A DNA stretch of 64,000 nucleotides from an uncultured Acidobacteriota bacterium (GCA_963708395.1 CAVPSG010000002.1:69100-133099); one strand, 5' to 3'; positions 19,002 through 29,261 are shown, counted from the stretch's first letter. The notes: generated from the sequence alone by a model not told the origin. Made by a program: numbers and translations.

Positions 19002-19517
19002 ATGGAATCGAAGGCGCTGAATTTCCAGCGGTGGATCGACGAGCACCGGAGCTTGCTCAAGCCGCCGGTGGGCAACAAGAAGGTCTTCGACGAAGACGAT
19101 TTCATCGTCATGGTCGTCGGAGGGCCGAACAGCCGCAAGGACTACCACATCGACGAGGGGCCCGAGTTCTTCTATCAGCTCGAAGGCGAGATGGTCCTGA
19201 AGACGATCCAGGGCGGAAAGGTCGCGGACATCCCGATTCGCGCCGGCGAGATCTTTCTCCTTCCGGGCCGCGTCCCTCATTCGCCCCAGCGGATGCCGAA
19301 TTCCGTGGGTCTCGTCATCGAGCGAAAACGGCTCCCGCACGAGAAGGACGGGCTCCAGTGGTATTGCGACAAGTGCAATTCGCTGCTGTACGAAGAGTTC
19401 TTCACTCTCCAGGACGTCGAAAAGGATTTCCCGCCCATCTTCGACCGGTTCTTCGCCGACGAGAAGAATCGCCGCTGCAAGAAATGCGGCACGGTGATGC
19501 CCGCGCCGGCCCGCTGA
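19002..19517 (+). CDS. nbaC: 3-hydroxyanthranilate 3,4-dioxygenase
   Basis: 171 aa. [20 protein letters not shown]...[20 protein letters not shown]...[14 protein letters not shown]...ERKR, plus the C-terminal CxxC...CxxC rubredoxin-like site (YCDKCNS, CKKCG). Confidence 0.9.
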   Translation: MESKALNFQRWIDEHRSLLKPPVGNKKVFDEDDFIVMVVGGPNSRKDYHIDEGPEFFYQLEGEMVLKTIQGGKVADIPIRAGEIFLLPGRVPHSPQRMPNSVGLVIERKRLPHEKDGLQWYCDKCNSLLYEEFFTLQDVEKDFPPIFDRFFADEKNRRCKKCGTVMPAPAR

Positions 19518-19518
19518 C

Positions 19519-20555
19519 TTGCTGAAGATCGACGTCCACACCCACATCCTTCCCGAGAGGCTGCCCGACTTCCGTAACCTGCCCGGCGGCGAACGGTTCG
19601 TTCGCATCGAGCACCAAAAACCCGCAGCCGCGGCGCCTCCGGAAGCGCCCGGATGATCGTCGACGGCTCCGTGTTCCGCGAGATCGAAAGCAATTCCTGG
19701 GACGTCGACGCGCGGCTCCACGAATGCGACGAGGCGGGCGTCGGCGTGCAGGTTCTCTCGACGGTGCCGGTCATGTTCAGCTACTGGGCGCAGCCGACTC
19801 CCGCGCTCGAGCTCGCGAGGCATCTCAACGACCACATCGCCGGGGTCGTGGCCGCGCATCCGGCGCGTTTCGCCGGCCTCGGAACGATCCCGATGCAGAG
19901 CCCCGAGCTCGCGATCCGGGAGCTCGAGCGCTGCGTGCGGGACCTCGGGCTCTCGGGTGTCGAGATCGGCTCGAACGTCAACGGAGCGAATCTCGACAGC
20001 CCGGAGCTCTTTCCGGTGTTCGAGGCGGCGGCGACGCTCAAGGCCGCCGTCTTCGTCCATCCGTGGGAGATGGCCGGCCGGGATCGGATGGCGCGTTACT
20101 GGCTCCCCTGGCTCGTCGGGATGCCCGCGGAGACTTCGCTCGCGATCTGCTCGCTCATCTTCGGCGGCGTGCTCGAGAGGCTGCCGGGCCTGCGGATCGG
20201 ATTCGCGCACGGCGGCGGCGCTTTTCCGGCGACGATCGGGCGCATCACACGCGGTTTCGAAGCCCGGCCCGATCTGTGCGCCGTTTCGAACGACGTTTCG
20301 CCGCGGGAGTATCTCGGGCGGATCTACCTCGACTCGCTCGTGCATGATCCGCGGATGCTGCGCTACCTCGTGGATCTGATGGGCCCCGAGCGGATCGCCC
20401 TGGGCAGCGACTATCCTTTCCCGCTCGGCGAGCCTCGCCCGGGAGAGCTGATCGATTCGTGCGGATTCCCGGAGAAGACCCGTGCGCGGCTGCTGCACGG
20501 CACGGCGCTCGAGTGGCTCGACCTTCCCGCGGCGCGTTTCGGCGGAGTCGCGTGA
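19519..20555 (+). pseudogene. nbaD: 2-amino-3-carboxymuconate-6-semialdehyde decarboxylase (ACMSD), frame break near an A5C3 run (or assembly indel)
   Basis: The metal-binding N-terminus (L)LKIDVHTHILPERLPDF is encoded from TTG 19519 and stops at 19654-56. The rest (MIVDGSVFREIE...STVPVMFSYWA...HPWEM...WLVGMPAETSLAI...FAHGGGAFP...GSDYPFPLGE) is in the frame of ATG 19653. CAAAAACCC lies at 19615-19623. Confidence 0.8.
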
Positions 20556-21841
20556 ACGAGCAGTTCCAGCCCGGACGCGACTTCGCCGCCGCCCTGGATC
20601 GAGAGGACCCGCTCGGCAGATTCCGAAACGAATTCCACATTCCCAGGAGCGAAAGCGGCGAAGAAGAGATCTATTTCGCCGGCAATTCGCTCGGGCTCCT
20701 TCCGAAGAGAACTCGGAGGTACGTGGACGAGGAGCTGGAGAAGTGGAAGCGCCTCGCCGTCAAGGCGCATTTCTCGGGAGAGAACCCGTGGATGCCGTAC
20801 CACGAGCTCCTCGCCGAGCCGATGGCCCAGCTGGTGGGCGCGTCTCCGAGCGAAGTCGTGACGATGAATTCGCTCACCGTCAACCTTCACCTGATGATGA
20901 CGAGCTTCTACCGGCCGACGCGCGAGCGGCATCGGATCCTCATCGAGGAGCATGCCTTCCCCTCCGACGACTACGCGGTCGAGTCGCAGGCCGCCGTCCA
21001 CGGCTTCGACCCGGCGGAGGCGCTCGTGCGGCTGCGGTCCGAGACGCCCGCGGAGAACCCCTCGATCGACACCGGCGAGATCGCTCGGATCCTCGAACGC
21101 GAGGGCGAGTCGATCGCGCTGGTACTGCTTCCGGGAGTTCAGTACTACACGGGCCAGGCGTTCGAGATCGAGGCGATCACGCGGCTCGCGCACGCGAAAG
21201 GTTGCATCGTCGGCTGGGATCTGGCGCACGCGGCGGGCAACCTCGTCCTGCGTCTCCACGACTGGAACGCGGACTTCGCCGTCTGGTGCACGTACAAGTA
21301 TTTGAACTCGGGCCCGGGCTCGGTGGGCGGCTGCTTCGTCCACGAGCGGCACGGCCATGGCACGTCGCGGGATCTGCCGAGGTTCGCCGGCTGGTGGGGC
21401 CACGACAAGGAGTCGCGCTTCCGGATGGAACCGGGATTCCGGCCGATCCCCGGCGCCGAGGGATGGCAACTCTCGAACCCTCCGATCCTCTCGCTCGCGG
21501 CGATTCGAGCTTCGCTCGACATCTTCATGGAAGCGGGGGGAATGGAGCCGCTGCGGGAGAAATCGCTCCGCCTCACGGCCTACCTCGAGTGGCTGCTCGC
21601 GCGGGAGGTCGGCGATCCGGTTCAGATCCTCACGCCGGCAGATCCGCGCCAGCGCGGATGCCAGCTCTCTCTTCAGGTGAAGTCGAAAGTCCCGGGAAGA
21701 ACCGTCCTCGAAAGACTCGAAGCCTCCGGCGTCGTCTGCGACTGGCGCGAGCCGGACGTGATTCGCGTGGCGCCCGTCCCCCTCTACAACCAGTACGAGG
21801 AGGTCCGCCGGTTCGTCAAGATTCTCCGGAACGCGCTGTGA
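20552..21841 (+). CDS. kynU: kynureninase
   Basis: 429 aa. Its GTG overlaps the ACMSD TGA. Motifs IYFAGNSLGL, WDLAHAAGN, FAVWCTYKYLNSGPG (PLP Lys) and FAGWWGH. Confidence 0.9.
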   Translation: MNEQFQPGRDFAAALDREDPLGRFRNEFHIPRSESGEEEIYFAGNSLGLLPKRTRRYVDEELEKWKRLAVKAHFSGENPWMPYHELLAEPMAQLVGASPSEVVTMNSLTVNLHLMMTSFYRPTRERHRILIEEHAFPSDDYAVESQAAVHGFDPAEALVRLRSETPAENPSIDTGEIARILEREGESIALVLLPGVQYYTGQAFEIEAITRLAHAKGCIVGWDLAHAAGNLVLRLHDWNADFAVWCTYKYLNSGPGSVGGCFVHERHGHGTSRDLPRFAGWWGHDKESRFRMEPGFRPIPGAEGWQLSNPPILSLAAIRASLDIFMEAGGMEPLREKSLRLTAYLEWLLAREVGDPVQILTPADPRQRGCQLSLQVKSKVPGRTVLERLEASGVVCDWREPDVIRVAPVPLYNQYEEVRRFVKILRNAL

Positions 21842-22040
21842 GGAGGATTGCCCCCCTGTCCCTTGCCCTCTCCCCCCGCTCACGCAGGTGCAGAGGGGAT
21901 TCATGCCATCCGGTCTTGGCGCTCGAGGCGGGAGCACATCAAATCAAGACTGACTTTTCCCGACGCTCGGAGTCGTTGATGACCGCCCGACACCAAATTG
22001 TGATCGGGCGGCCCCTGAAGTTCCAGGACTCGGAGGAGAA

Positions 22041-22418
22041 ATGCTCGGACAGAAGAACGCTCTTGCTACGGTCGCGGTCAAGGACCTCGAAGTCGCCCGT
22101 AAGTTCTACGAAAACAAACTCGGCCTGAAGGTCGCCGGCCCGACGGGTCCGCAGGTGCTCGCGTTCGAGAGCGGAACCTCGAAGATCCTCGTCTACAAGT
22201 CGCAGTTCGCGGGGACCAATCAGGCGACGGCGGTCACGTGGGTGGTCGGCGAAGATATCGACGCGATCGTGCGGGATCTCCAGGCGAAGGGTGTGGCGTT
22301 CGATAAATACGACTTCCCGGGCGTCACCCACGAGGGAGACGTGCACGTTTTCGGACCGATGCGCAACGCCTGGTTCAAGGACCCGGATGGGAACATCTTG
22401 AGCGTCGTCAACGGCTAA
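22041..22418 (+). CDS. VOC (glyoxalase) family protein
   Basis: 125 aa with GGAGGAGAA RBS. TVAVKDLEVARKFYENKLGLK...AWFKDPDGNILSV. Confidence 0.8.
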   Translation: MLGQKNALATVAVKDLEVARKFYENKLGLKVAGPTGPQVLAFESGTSKILVYKSQFAGTNQATAVTWVVGEDIDAIVRDLQAKGVAFDKYDFPGVTHEGDVHVFGPMRNAWFKDPDGNILSVVNG

Positions 22419-22434
22419 GGGAATTCGACCTTAG

Positions 22435-22614
22435 GACCTCCTCGGGCTGGTCGACGAGGTTGTGCTGATCGTCTACCCGGTCTTGCTGGGCCGCGGCAAA
22501 CGCTTCTTTTCGGACAGTGTTGACGCGCTGGAGCTCGCGCTCGTCAGCACGAAGGCCACACCAACGGGTGTGCTCCTCAACACCTATCGATACGTGGGAT
22601 CGCTGCGAACCTGA
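22435..22614 (+). pseudogene. C-terminal remnant of a RibD_C/DHFR-family gene
   Basis: No start codon, and an in-frame TAG at 22432. It translates to DLLGLVDEVVLIVYPVLLGRGKRFFSDSVDALELALVSTKATPTGVLLNTYRYVGSLRT*, which aligns with the last ~55 aa of the gene at 642..1238 (GLVDEIRLIVYPLIAGRGKALF...). Confidence 0.65.
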
Positions 22615-22693
22615 TCTTTCGCCGACGCGAGCGGCTCAGTCTCCGTGGTGCGCGACGATCGGTACAGGGTCGGTGTAGCCTCCGAGTACTCCC

Positions 22694-24031
22694 GTGAGAA
22701 CGCCTCGCGACACCTCGGAGATCACGCTCGTCGGCGCCGGTCTCGCCGGCTCGCTGCTGGCGATCTTTCTGGCCCGGCGCGGGCACCGCGTGACGCTCCT
22801 CGAGCGCCGCCCGGATCCCCGGAACGCGGCGCCATCGGCGGGTCGCTCCATCAACCTGGCGCTCGCCAATCGCGGCATCTCCGCGCTCGAAGAGGTCGGC
22901 GTGATGGAGAGCCTCCGGCCAGCGCTCATTCCGATGGCCGGGAGAATGCTTCACGACGAGGAAGGACGGCTCCGGCTAGTTCCCTACGGCAACAAGCCGC
23001 ACGAGATCATCTACTCGATTTCGCGCGCGGGCTTGAACACGTTGCTTCTGGACGTTGCCGAGGGGACCGGGAAAGTCTCCATCCGCTTCGGAGAGACGGT
23101 TGGCGGCGTCGACTTCGCGAACCGCAAGGTGGTTCCGCAAGCAACGCCCTACGACGTCCTCATCGGGACGGATGGAAGCGCGTCGGCGGTTCGCGCCGCC
23201 ATCATGGAACGGACCGGCGGACGACTCGACGAGGAGCCGCTCGGCCACGGGTACAAGGAGCTGACGATCCCGGCGGCAACGGCAGGCGGAGGCCGATGGC
23301 GGATGGAGAAGAACGCCCTGCACATCTGGCCGCGCGGCGAATACATGCTGATCGCGCTCCCCAACGTCGACGGCAGTTTCACCGCGACCCTGTTCCTGCC
23401 GAATCGTGGAGAAGAAAGCTTCGAGGCCCTAACGACGCCCGAGGCCGTTCACGCGCTCTTCGGGCGCCGATTCGCCGACGCGATTCCGCTCATGCCTCGC
23501 CTCGTCGAGGACTTCTTCGGAAATCCCACAGGCCATCTCGAGACGATCCGGTGCGCGCCCTGGTCGTTCGAGGATCAGGCGCTCGTCCTGGGCGATGCGG
23601 CGCACGCGATCGTTCCCTTTCACGGGCAGGGCATGAACGCGGCGTTCGAGGATTGCAGCGCCTTCGACCAGAGTCTCCGAGATCCGGATCGCCCGTGGAA
23701 CGAGATCTTCGCGGAATTCGAAGCGCACCGCCGGCCCAACACCGACGCGATCGCCGACATGGCCCTCGAGAACTACATCGAGATGCGGTCGACCGTCCGG
23801 GAGCGGAAGTTTCAGCTGAAAAAGGATCTCTCCTTCCGCCTCGAGGAGAGACACCCCGGCCGGTTCATCCCCCGCTATTCGATGGTGATGTTCCACACGA
23901 TTCCCTACGCCGAGGCCAGGCGGCGCGGAGCGATTCAGGAGGGAATCCTGGACGAGTTGACGAGCAAGGCCGCGAGTCTCGACGAGATCGACATCGCGCG
24001 CGCCGACCGGCTCATCGCCGAGCGACTTTAA
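22694..24031 (+). CDS. kmo: kynurenine 3-monooxygenase (FAD-dependent)
   Basis: 445 aa. ITLVGAGLAGSLLAIFLARRGHRVTLLERR (GxGxxG), GTDGSASAVR, LGDAAHAIVPFHGQGMNAAFED, NYIEMR. Confidence 0.9.
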   Translation: MRTPRDTSEITLVGAGLAGSLLAIFLARRGHRVTLLERRPDPRNAAPSAGRSINLALANRGISALEEVGVMESLRPALIPMAGRMLHDEEGRLRLVPYGNKPHEIIYSISRAGLNTLLLDVAEGTGKVSIRFGETVGGVDFANRKVVPQATPYDVLIGTDGSASAVRAAIMERTGGRLDEEPLGHGYKELTIPAATAGGGRWRMEKNALHIWPRGEYMLIALPNVDGSFTATLFLPNRGEESFEALTTPEAVHALFGRRFADAIPLMPRLVEDFFGNPTGHLETIRCAPWSFEDQALVLGDAAHAIVPFHGQGMNAAFEDCSAFDQSLRDPDRPWNEIFAEFEAHRRPNTDAIADMALENYIEMRSTVRERKFQLKKDLSFRLEERHPGRFIPRYSMVMFHTIPYAEARRRGAIQEGILDELTSKAASLDEIDIARADRLIAERL

Positions 24032-24126
24032 TTTCCCCGGACTGACGACATGTCTCTCAACGGCAAGAAGTTCCATTGCGATGGCGTGACGCTTGCAGAA
24101 TCACGTCCGACGAGGAGGACAAAGCC

Positions 24127-24576
24127 ATGCAACGTCGATGGACTGTTTGGTTAGCCGTTCTCGGGACGGTGGCGTTCCTGTTGGGCGTGCCTGCTCTTGC
24201 GGCCGACAAGGCGCCGGACGCCACGATCAGCCTGTCGGAAGGTTCCGTCGCTGCCGGGATCGGCTGGAGCTGGGGCCACGGTGACATTTCCTTCCAGGGC
24301 AAGACCTATCGCGTGAAGGTGGATGGCCTCTCCGTGGCCGAAGTGGGAATCACGAGCGCGGAGGCTTCGGGCAACGTCTACAACCTGAAGTCGGTTGACG
24401 ATCTGAACGGCGTGTACGCGGCCGCCGGCGCCGAAGGGACGGCGGGGAAGGGAGTCGGCTACTCGTCGCTCAGAAATAGCAAGGGAGTCGTGATCAACCT
24501 GAAGAGCGAGACGAAGGGCGCGAACTTGAAGATCGCGGCCTCGGGTCTGAAGATCACCGTGGAGCCGTCGCAGTAG
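24127..24576 (+). CDS. small secreted hypothetical protein
   Basis: 149 aa with GAGGAGGA RBS and signal peptide WLAVLGTVAFLLGVPALAA. Gly-rich beta pattern (GSVAAGIGWSWGHGDISFQGKTYRVKVDGLSV). No confident family. Confidence 0.6.
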   Translation: MQRRWTVWLAVLGTVAFLLGVPALAADKAPDATISLSEGSVAAGIGWSWGHGDISFQGKTYRVKVDGLSVAEVGITSAEASGNVYNLKSVDDLNGVYAAAGAEGTAGKGVGYSSLRNSKGVVINLKSETKGANLKIAASGLKITVEPSQ

Positions 24577-24601
24577 AGCGCGGGCTTCACGATCGCTAAC
24601 G

Positions 24602-24631
24602 GGTGTCGCCCGCGAGGCGACACCTTTTTTT
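24602..24631 (+). terminator. rho-independent terminator
   Basis: Perfect 9-bp stem GGTGTCGCC/GGCGACACC, 5-nt loop, then T7, located 26 nt after the stop at 24576. Confidence 0.85.
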
Positions 24632-24755
24632 GTGCCCGTCGCGAGTCTGCCCCGATATTCGATCGTGATGTCTCATACGATTCTTTTGCGCTGAATCAGG
24701 CAGGTCATTCTCTAGAGCGCCCTGGCAACCTGTCGCCGCATGCTAGGCTTCCGCC

Positions 24756-27270
24756 GTGCGCTCGCGCCCCGCGCTCACCACGCTCCTTGCGGCCCTGTTC
24801 GCGTGCGTGGCCGCGGCGGGATCGGCGGAATCGGGCTACGACAAGCCGCCGCAGTACGTGCTCGACGTTCTTCACGCGCCTTCGCCGCCGAGTCCGTCGG
24901 TGAGCCCGACGCAGGACCGGATTCTTCTCGTCTCGTGGGTCCGGTACCCGCCCATCGCGCAAGTCGCCGAGCCGTTCCTGAGGCTCGCGGGCGTGCGCGT
25001 CGAGCCGCGGACGCGGCGCAAACACGACACCCCGGGCGGCTACGGCATCGCGCCCTGCGCGCAGACGCTGATGCTCGTCGAAGTCGCCGCCGGCCGCGAG
25101 ACGCCGGTGACGTTGCCCCCCGGCGGCTGCCTGGACGGCTTCGCGTGGGCCGCCGACGGGCGGCGCTTCGCGTTCCGAAACACCTCGAAGGACGCCGTCG
25201 AGCTGTGGATCGGCGACGCCGTCACCGGCGCGATCCGGCGCCTCGGCGATGCGCGGCTGAACCCGATGCTCGGCAGCTCGCTGCAGTGGATGCCCGACCA
25301 GAAAGACGCTGCTCGTGAAGCTCGTGCCGGCGAATGCCGGGCCGCCTCCGGACGCATCCGCCGCGTCGGGCGGCCCGAGCATCCAGGAGGCGGTAGGAGA
25401 AAAAGGCGAGAGCAGCACCTACGAGACGCGCGACACGCTCTCGAGCAAGCACGACGAGGACCTCTTCGACTATTACGCGTCGAGCCAGCTCGCTTTCGTC
25501 GACGCAGGCTCCGGCGCAATCACGCCGCTGGGCGATCCGGCGATCATCGCAGACGTCAACGCGTCGCCCGACGGCGGGAACCTGCTCGTGGAAGTGATTC
25601 ACAAGCCGTACTCCTACGTCACCACGTACCCGAATTTCGCGCACGACGTCGAGCTCTGGGACCGCACCGGCCGCAGGACGCGCACGCTCGCGAAGCTGCC
25701 GCTCTCGGATCGGGTGCCGATCGCCGGCGTGCCGACCGGCCCGCGCGACTTCGAGTGGCGTCCGACCGAACCGGCGACGCTCGTCTGGGCCGAGGCGCTC
25801 GATGGGGGCGACTGGAACGTGAACGTCCCCGAACGCGACAAGGTCATGACGCTGAGCGCCCCGTTCACCGACGCGCCCGCCGAGATCGCCCGCGTCGAGC
25901 AGCGCTACGCCGGCTTCGACTGGAGTGAGCATCGAGGCGTGGCCCTGCTGCACGAGTTCGACGAGAACAAGCACTGGCGGCGCACGTTCCTCGCCGACGT
26001 CGACCATCCTGCGACCAAGCCTCGAGTCCTGTGGGACATGTCGAGCGACGAGCGCTACAAGGACCCCGGTCAGCCGGTCTACAAGGCGCTGCCGAACGGG
26101 CAATGGGTGATGCGCCACGACGGCGGCGCGATCTTCCTTCGCGGCAGGGGCGCGTCGGTCGACGGGGATCGGCCCTTTCTCGATCACTTCGACCTCGAAT
26201 CGCGCAAGTCCATGCGGCTGTTTCGCAGCGACAAGACCGCACTCGAGTCCTTCCTGGCGTTCACCGGCTCGACCGACCGTGCGTTCCTGACGTGGCACCA
26301 ATCCCCGACGGATCCGCCGAACGCGATGCTCCGCACGCTCGGCAAGGCGGTCGCGTCACCGAACCCGGGCGAGGCCGCGATGACTTCGACGGTACGCGTG
26401 GTGACGCATATCCCGGATCCCACGCCCGCGGTGCGCTCGATCCAGCAGCGACTGGTCAAGTACCAGCGCAAGGACGGCACGCCGCTCTCGTTCCGGCTTC
26501 TCACGCCGCCCGGCTACAAGGAGGGCACACGCCTCCCGGCAATCCTCTACGCCTACCCGCTCGACTACGCGAGCACGTCGACGGCGGGGCAGATCAGCGG
26601 CTCGGAGCGGGAGTTCATGTATCTCACCAACTACCGCCTGCTGCTTCTGTCGGGATACGCGATCATCGACTCCGCCGCTTTCCCGATCGTCGGTGATCCG
26701 AAGCAGGCCTACGACACGTACCTCGATCAGCTCGTGGAGGACGCACGCGCGGCCGTCGACACCGCCGTCGGCACCGGGGTCGTTGATCGCGACCGCATCG
26801 GCGTCACCGGCCACAGCCACGGCGCCCTGATGACGGCGAATCTGATCGCCCACACCGATTTCTTCCGCGCCGGCGTCGCGACCAGCGGCTCGTACAACAA
26901 GACGCTCACGCCGTTCGGGTTCCAGAACGAGCGCCGCTCCGTGTGGAAGGGCCAGAGCGTGTACCTTCAGGTCTCGCCGTTCTTCTTCGCCGACAAGATC
27001 AAGCTCCCGCTGCTGATCATGCACGGCGCCGACGACGCGAACCCGGGCACGACGCCGCTCCAGTCCGTGAAGCTTTACGAGGCGATCCGCGGCAACGGCG
27101 GCACGGCACGTCTCGTGATGCTGCCGCACGAGCCGCATTGGTACTCGGCGATGGAATCCAACGAGCAGCTCGCGTACGAGGAGCTGCGCTGGTTCGACAA
27201 GTACGTCAAGAGCGCGCCTCCCCGTGAGAAAGCGGCAGAGCCGAAGACGGGTGCGGCGGCGAAGCCTTGA
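24756..27270 (+). pseudogene. S9 family serine peptidase (prolyl oligopeptidase/dipeptidyl peptidase type), frame break at an AAA run (or assembly indel)
   Basis: Signal peptide, beta-propeller region and catalytic domain (GVTGHSHGALMTANL, HGADDANPGT, HEPHWY). ...LQWMPDQK continues as (T)LLVKLVPANAGPP in the next frame. Removing one A at 25302-25304 restores a single ORF. Confidence 0.8.
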
Positions 27271-27288
27271 GACGCGACCGCCGGCGCT

Positions 27289-27314
27289 CCAAACCAGAAA
27301 TCAGGACTGACCCC
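27289..27314 (+). repeat. family B right-arm fragment
   Basis: CCAAACCAGAAATCAGGACTGACCCC matches the right arm (..CCAGAACC..GTCAGGACTGACCCC) of the family B elements. Confidence 0.6.
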
Positions 27315-27420
27315 AACGCCTGAGCGAGCGACCGCCTCGACGAGGCACGGTGCGCGACCGAGTCTGATCGACTCATGTTCCCGCCTCATCCGATATCTCG
27401 AAAAAGGGAACGACATTCTG

Positions 27421-28077
27421 TTGCTGACGACCAGCACGCGCTATCGGAAACACGCGTTCGACCTCCCGAAAACGACGCAGCTCGCGCTTCGCATCCGGGA
27501 CCACCTCCGACGTCGGAAGCAGCGCGTCGTTTTGCTCGACGTCGCAAAGCTGAAGATCCACACCTGTGAGGGCAACATCAGCGCCAAGAAGGGCAACAAT
27601 TGCGGAGTACGCGAGGCGCGCCTGCCCTCCCGGTCCAAGAATCCGACGGGCCACCACCGTTGCTGGGCCTCGATCAACAACGCCGACGACCAGCTGTACA
27701 GGATTACGCGCGAGCTCTTTCAATCGCGGCTCGTGGTTTTCTTCGTCTCGGTGCGCTGGGGTCAGACCAACAGCGTGTATCAGCGGCTCTTCGAACGCTT
27801 GAGCTGGATCGAGAACCGATTCACGACGCTCGGCGAGGCGCCCATTCCGCAGTTGCGGAAGCTCGAGGCCGGAATGGTTCTCTTCGGCCAGAACTGGAAC
27901 GATGCGCAGGTTCTGAAGACCCAGCGGCAGAACTTCAAATGGTTCGGCTGGAAGACGCCGGCGCCGCTCAGCTTCTCCTGGCAGTACACACGGAACGCGA
28001 AGGACGAATCTCCCGAATCGTACGTGGGCGCCGTCGAGGAATTCGGCGCGCTGATGCAGTCCGAGTGGCTTCGATGA
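27421..28077 (+). CDS. hypothetical protein, possibly flavodoxin-like fold (start uncertain)
   Basis: Frame is open from 27271. (DI)LLLTTSTRY...VVLLDVAKLKIHTCEGN...ADDQLYRITRELFQSRLVVFFVSVRWGQTNSVYQRLFERL has the layout of NAD(P)H-FMN reductase or iron-sulfur flavoprotein-like proteins. Noticeably more A/T than its surroundings. Confidence 0.45.
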   Translation: MLTTSTRYRKHAFDLPKTTQLALRIRDHLRRRKQRVVLLDVAKLKIHTCEGNISAKKGNNCGVREARLPSRSKNPTGHHRCWASINNADDQLYRITRELFQSRLVVFFVSVRWGQTNSVYQRLFERLSWIENRFTTLGEAPIPQLRKLEAGMVLFGQNWNDAQVLKTQRQNFKWFGWKTPAPLSFSWQYTRNAKDESPESYVGAVEEFGALMQSEWLR

Positions 28078-28212
28078 GGGGGTCAGACCCGAGCTCGGCG
28101 GGGCCTGCCAACGACCCCCGTGGTATGCTTTCAACCTCCGATCCCCCCGACGGCACCAGTCAGCTTTTCATGACCGCCCGTCGCCGGTCTTCGGCGAGAA
28201 ACGCGAGTCGTC

Positions 28213-28395
28213 ATGAATTCCTTGCGGACGTGGAGATGTCGCGACTGCGGCCGGTCCACCCAGGCCGAGGTCGCGCACGACGGAAGTGCAAAGTGCTCCT
28301 TCTGCGGGCGCGTCATGCGGATCCAGCCGAGCCGCAAACGGGGAGGCGAGATGCCCAGCCAGTTGCCGTCTCTCCGGAAAGCCGCCGAGAAGTGA
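28213..28395 (+). CDS. small zinc-ribbon protein (60 aa)
   Basis: WRCRDCGRS...AKCSFCGRV gives a CxxC-N16-CxxC ribbon with a basic tail. Third codon positions are G/C-rich. No obvious SD. Confidence 0.5.
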   Translation: MNSLRTWRCRDCGRSTQAEVAHDGSAKCSFCGRVMRIQPSRKRGGEMPSQLPSLRKAAEK

Positions 28396-28772
28396 AACCG
28401 GTCCCGCCCGTCGAAGCGGCCGAACTGGCCGACGACTCGATCCGAGGCGAAGTCCTCGATCGACTGAAGGCTCGCTACGGAGAGGCGCGCAAGCTCATGT
28501 CGCCGAGCGGCGACTGGGCGAATCTCGACTGGATCCTCGGCGCGATGACCGGCGTGGACCAGCGCTCCGAGGATTTGACCCGCAAGATGATGATCCTGCT
28601 CCCCCTCTGGCTCGAAGACCTCGCCGTCGAGCTCGAGCGAGGAACGGAGAAGGGACTTTCCGGAGAGGCGAGCGAGTCGGCGGCGGCAGCTCATCGCGCG
28701 TGCGAGTCCGTGGCCACGAGCCTTCGCCAGGCGACGACGGCATTCGTCGCGATTTCGCGAAGCGAGGCCTGA
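28392..28772 (+). CDS. hypothetical helical protein (126 aa), translationally coupled
   Basis: Its GTG overlaps the upstream TGA (GTGA at 28392-28395). Helical heptad-like sequence (EVLDRLKARYGEARKLM...LLPLWLEDLAVELERGTEKGL). No family recognised. Confidence 0.45.
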   Translation: MKPVPPVEAAELADDSIRGEVLDRLKARYGEARKLMSPSGDWANLDWILGAMTGVDQRSEDLTRKMMILLPLWLEDLAVELERGTEKGLSGEASESAAAAHRACESVATSLRQATTAFVAISRSEA

Positions 28773-28776
28773 CGCG

Positions 28777-29226
28777 ATGGGCGCCCCGCAACCCCAATCG
28801 GTCGCCATCCTCCTCAGCCGCCTTCCGAGGATCGAGAACGCGCCCGGACTGATCCTCTTGAGGGTGGATGCCACGGGAGGAGCCGCTCCGCCGACGACGA
28901 TCGGCAGCCTGACCGACGCCGCACTTCGCGGCCGCCTCGCCCACTTCGACCAGCATTCCGCCAACGAGCTCGCCGCCGTCCGGCACGCGCTGGCGAAGGA
29001 CTCCGGTGAGGCGACGGTCTACGAGCACTGGTTCGGCGTCGAAAGCTGTCTCCAGTTCTGGCACGGGTTCACCGGCTCCCGGATCCGGATCGTCGCGTTG
29101 ACTTGCGATGGCTGCGGAAAGACGAGCCGCCAAAACATCGGTGGAACCGTCGGAGAGACGCTGTCTTTCCTCTGCACGTGCGGCCGGCCGGCGCGCACGA
29201 CCGTCCCCAAGACGGTCGACGCCTAG
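28777..29226 (+). CDS. hypothetical protein with C-terminal Cys4 ribbon (149 aa)
   Basis: Starts 4 nt after the previous stop. The C-terminus LTCDGCGKTSRQNIGGTVGETLSFLCTCGRP gives CxxC-N19-CxC. No family recognised. Confidence 0.5.
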   Translation: MGAPQPQSVAILLSRLPRIENAPGLILLRVDATGGAAPPTTIGSLTDAALRGRLAHFDQHSANELAAVRHALAKDSGEATVYEHWFGVESCLQFWHGFTGSRIRIVALTCDGCGKTSRQNIGGTVGETLSFLCTCGRPARTTVPKTVDA

Positions 29227-29261
29227 AGTCCGTCCGGGGCCGAGCGCCCGCCTCTGCTCGG

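Noticed and set aside
19600-19660. Programmed ribosomal frameshifting as the explanation for the split genes.
   Set aside because: The breaks occur in eight unrelated genes, in both directions (+1 and -1), at ordinary short homopolymers, with no shared slippery heptamer or downstream structure. Indel error or mutation is a simpler explanation.
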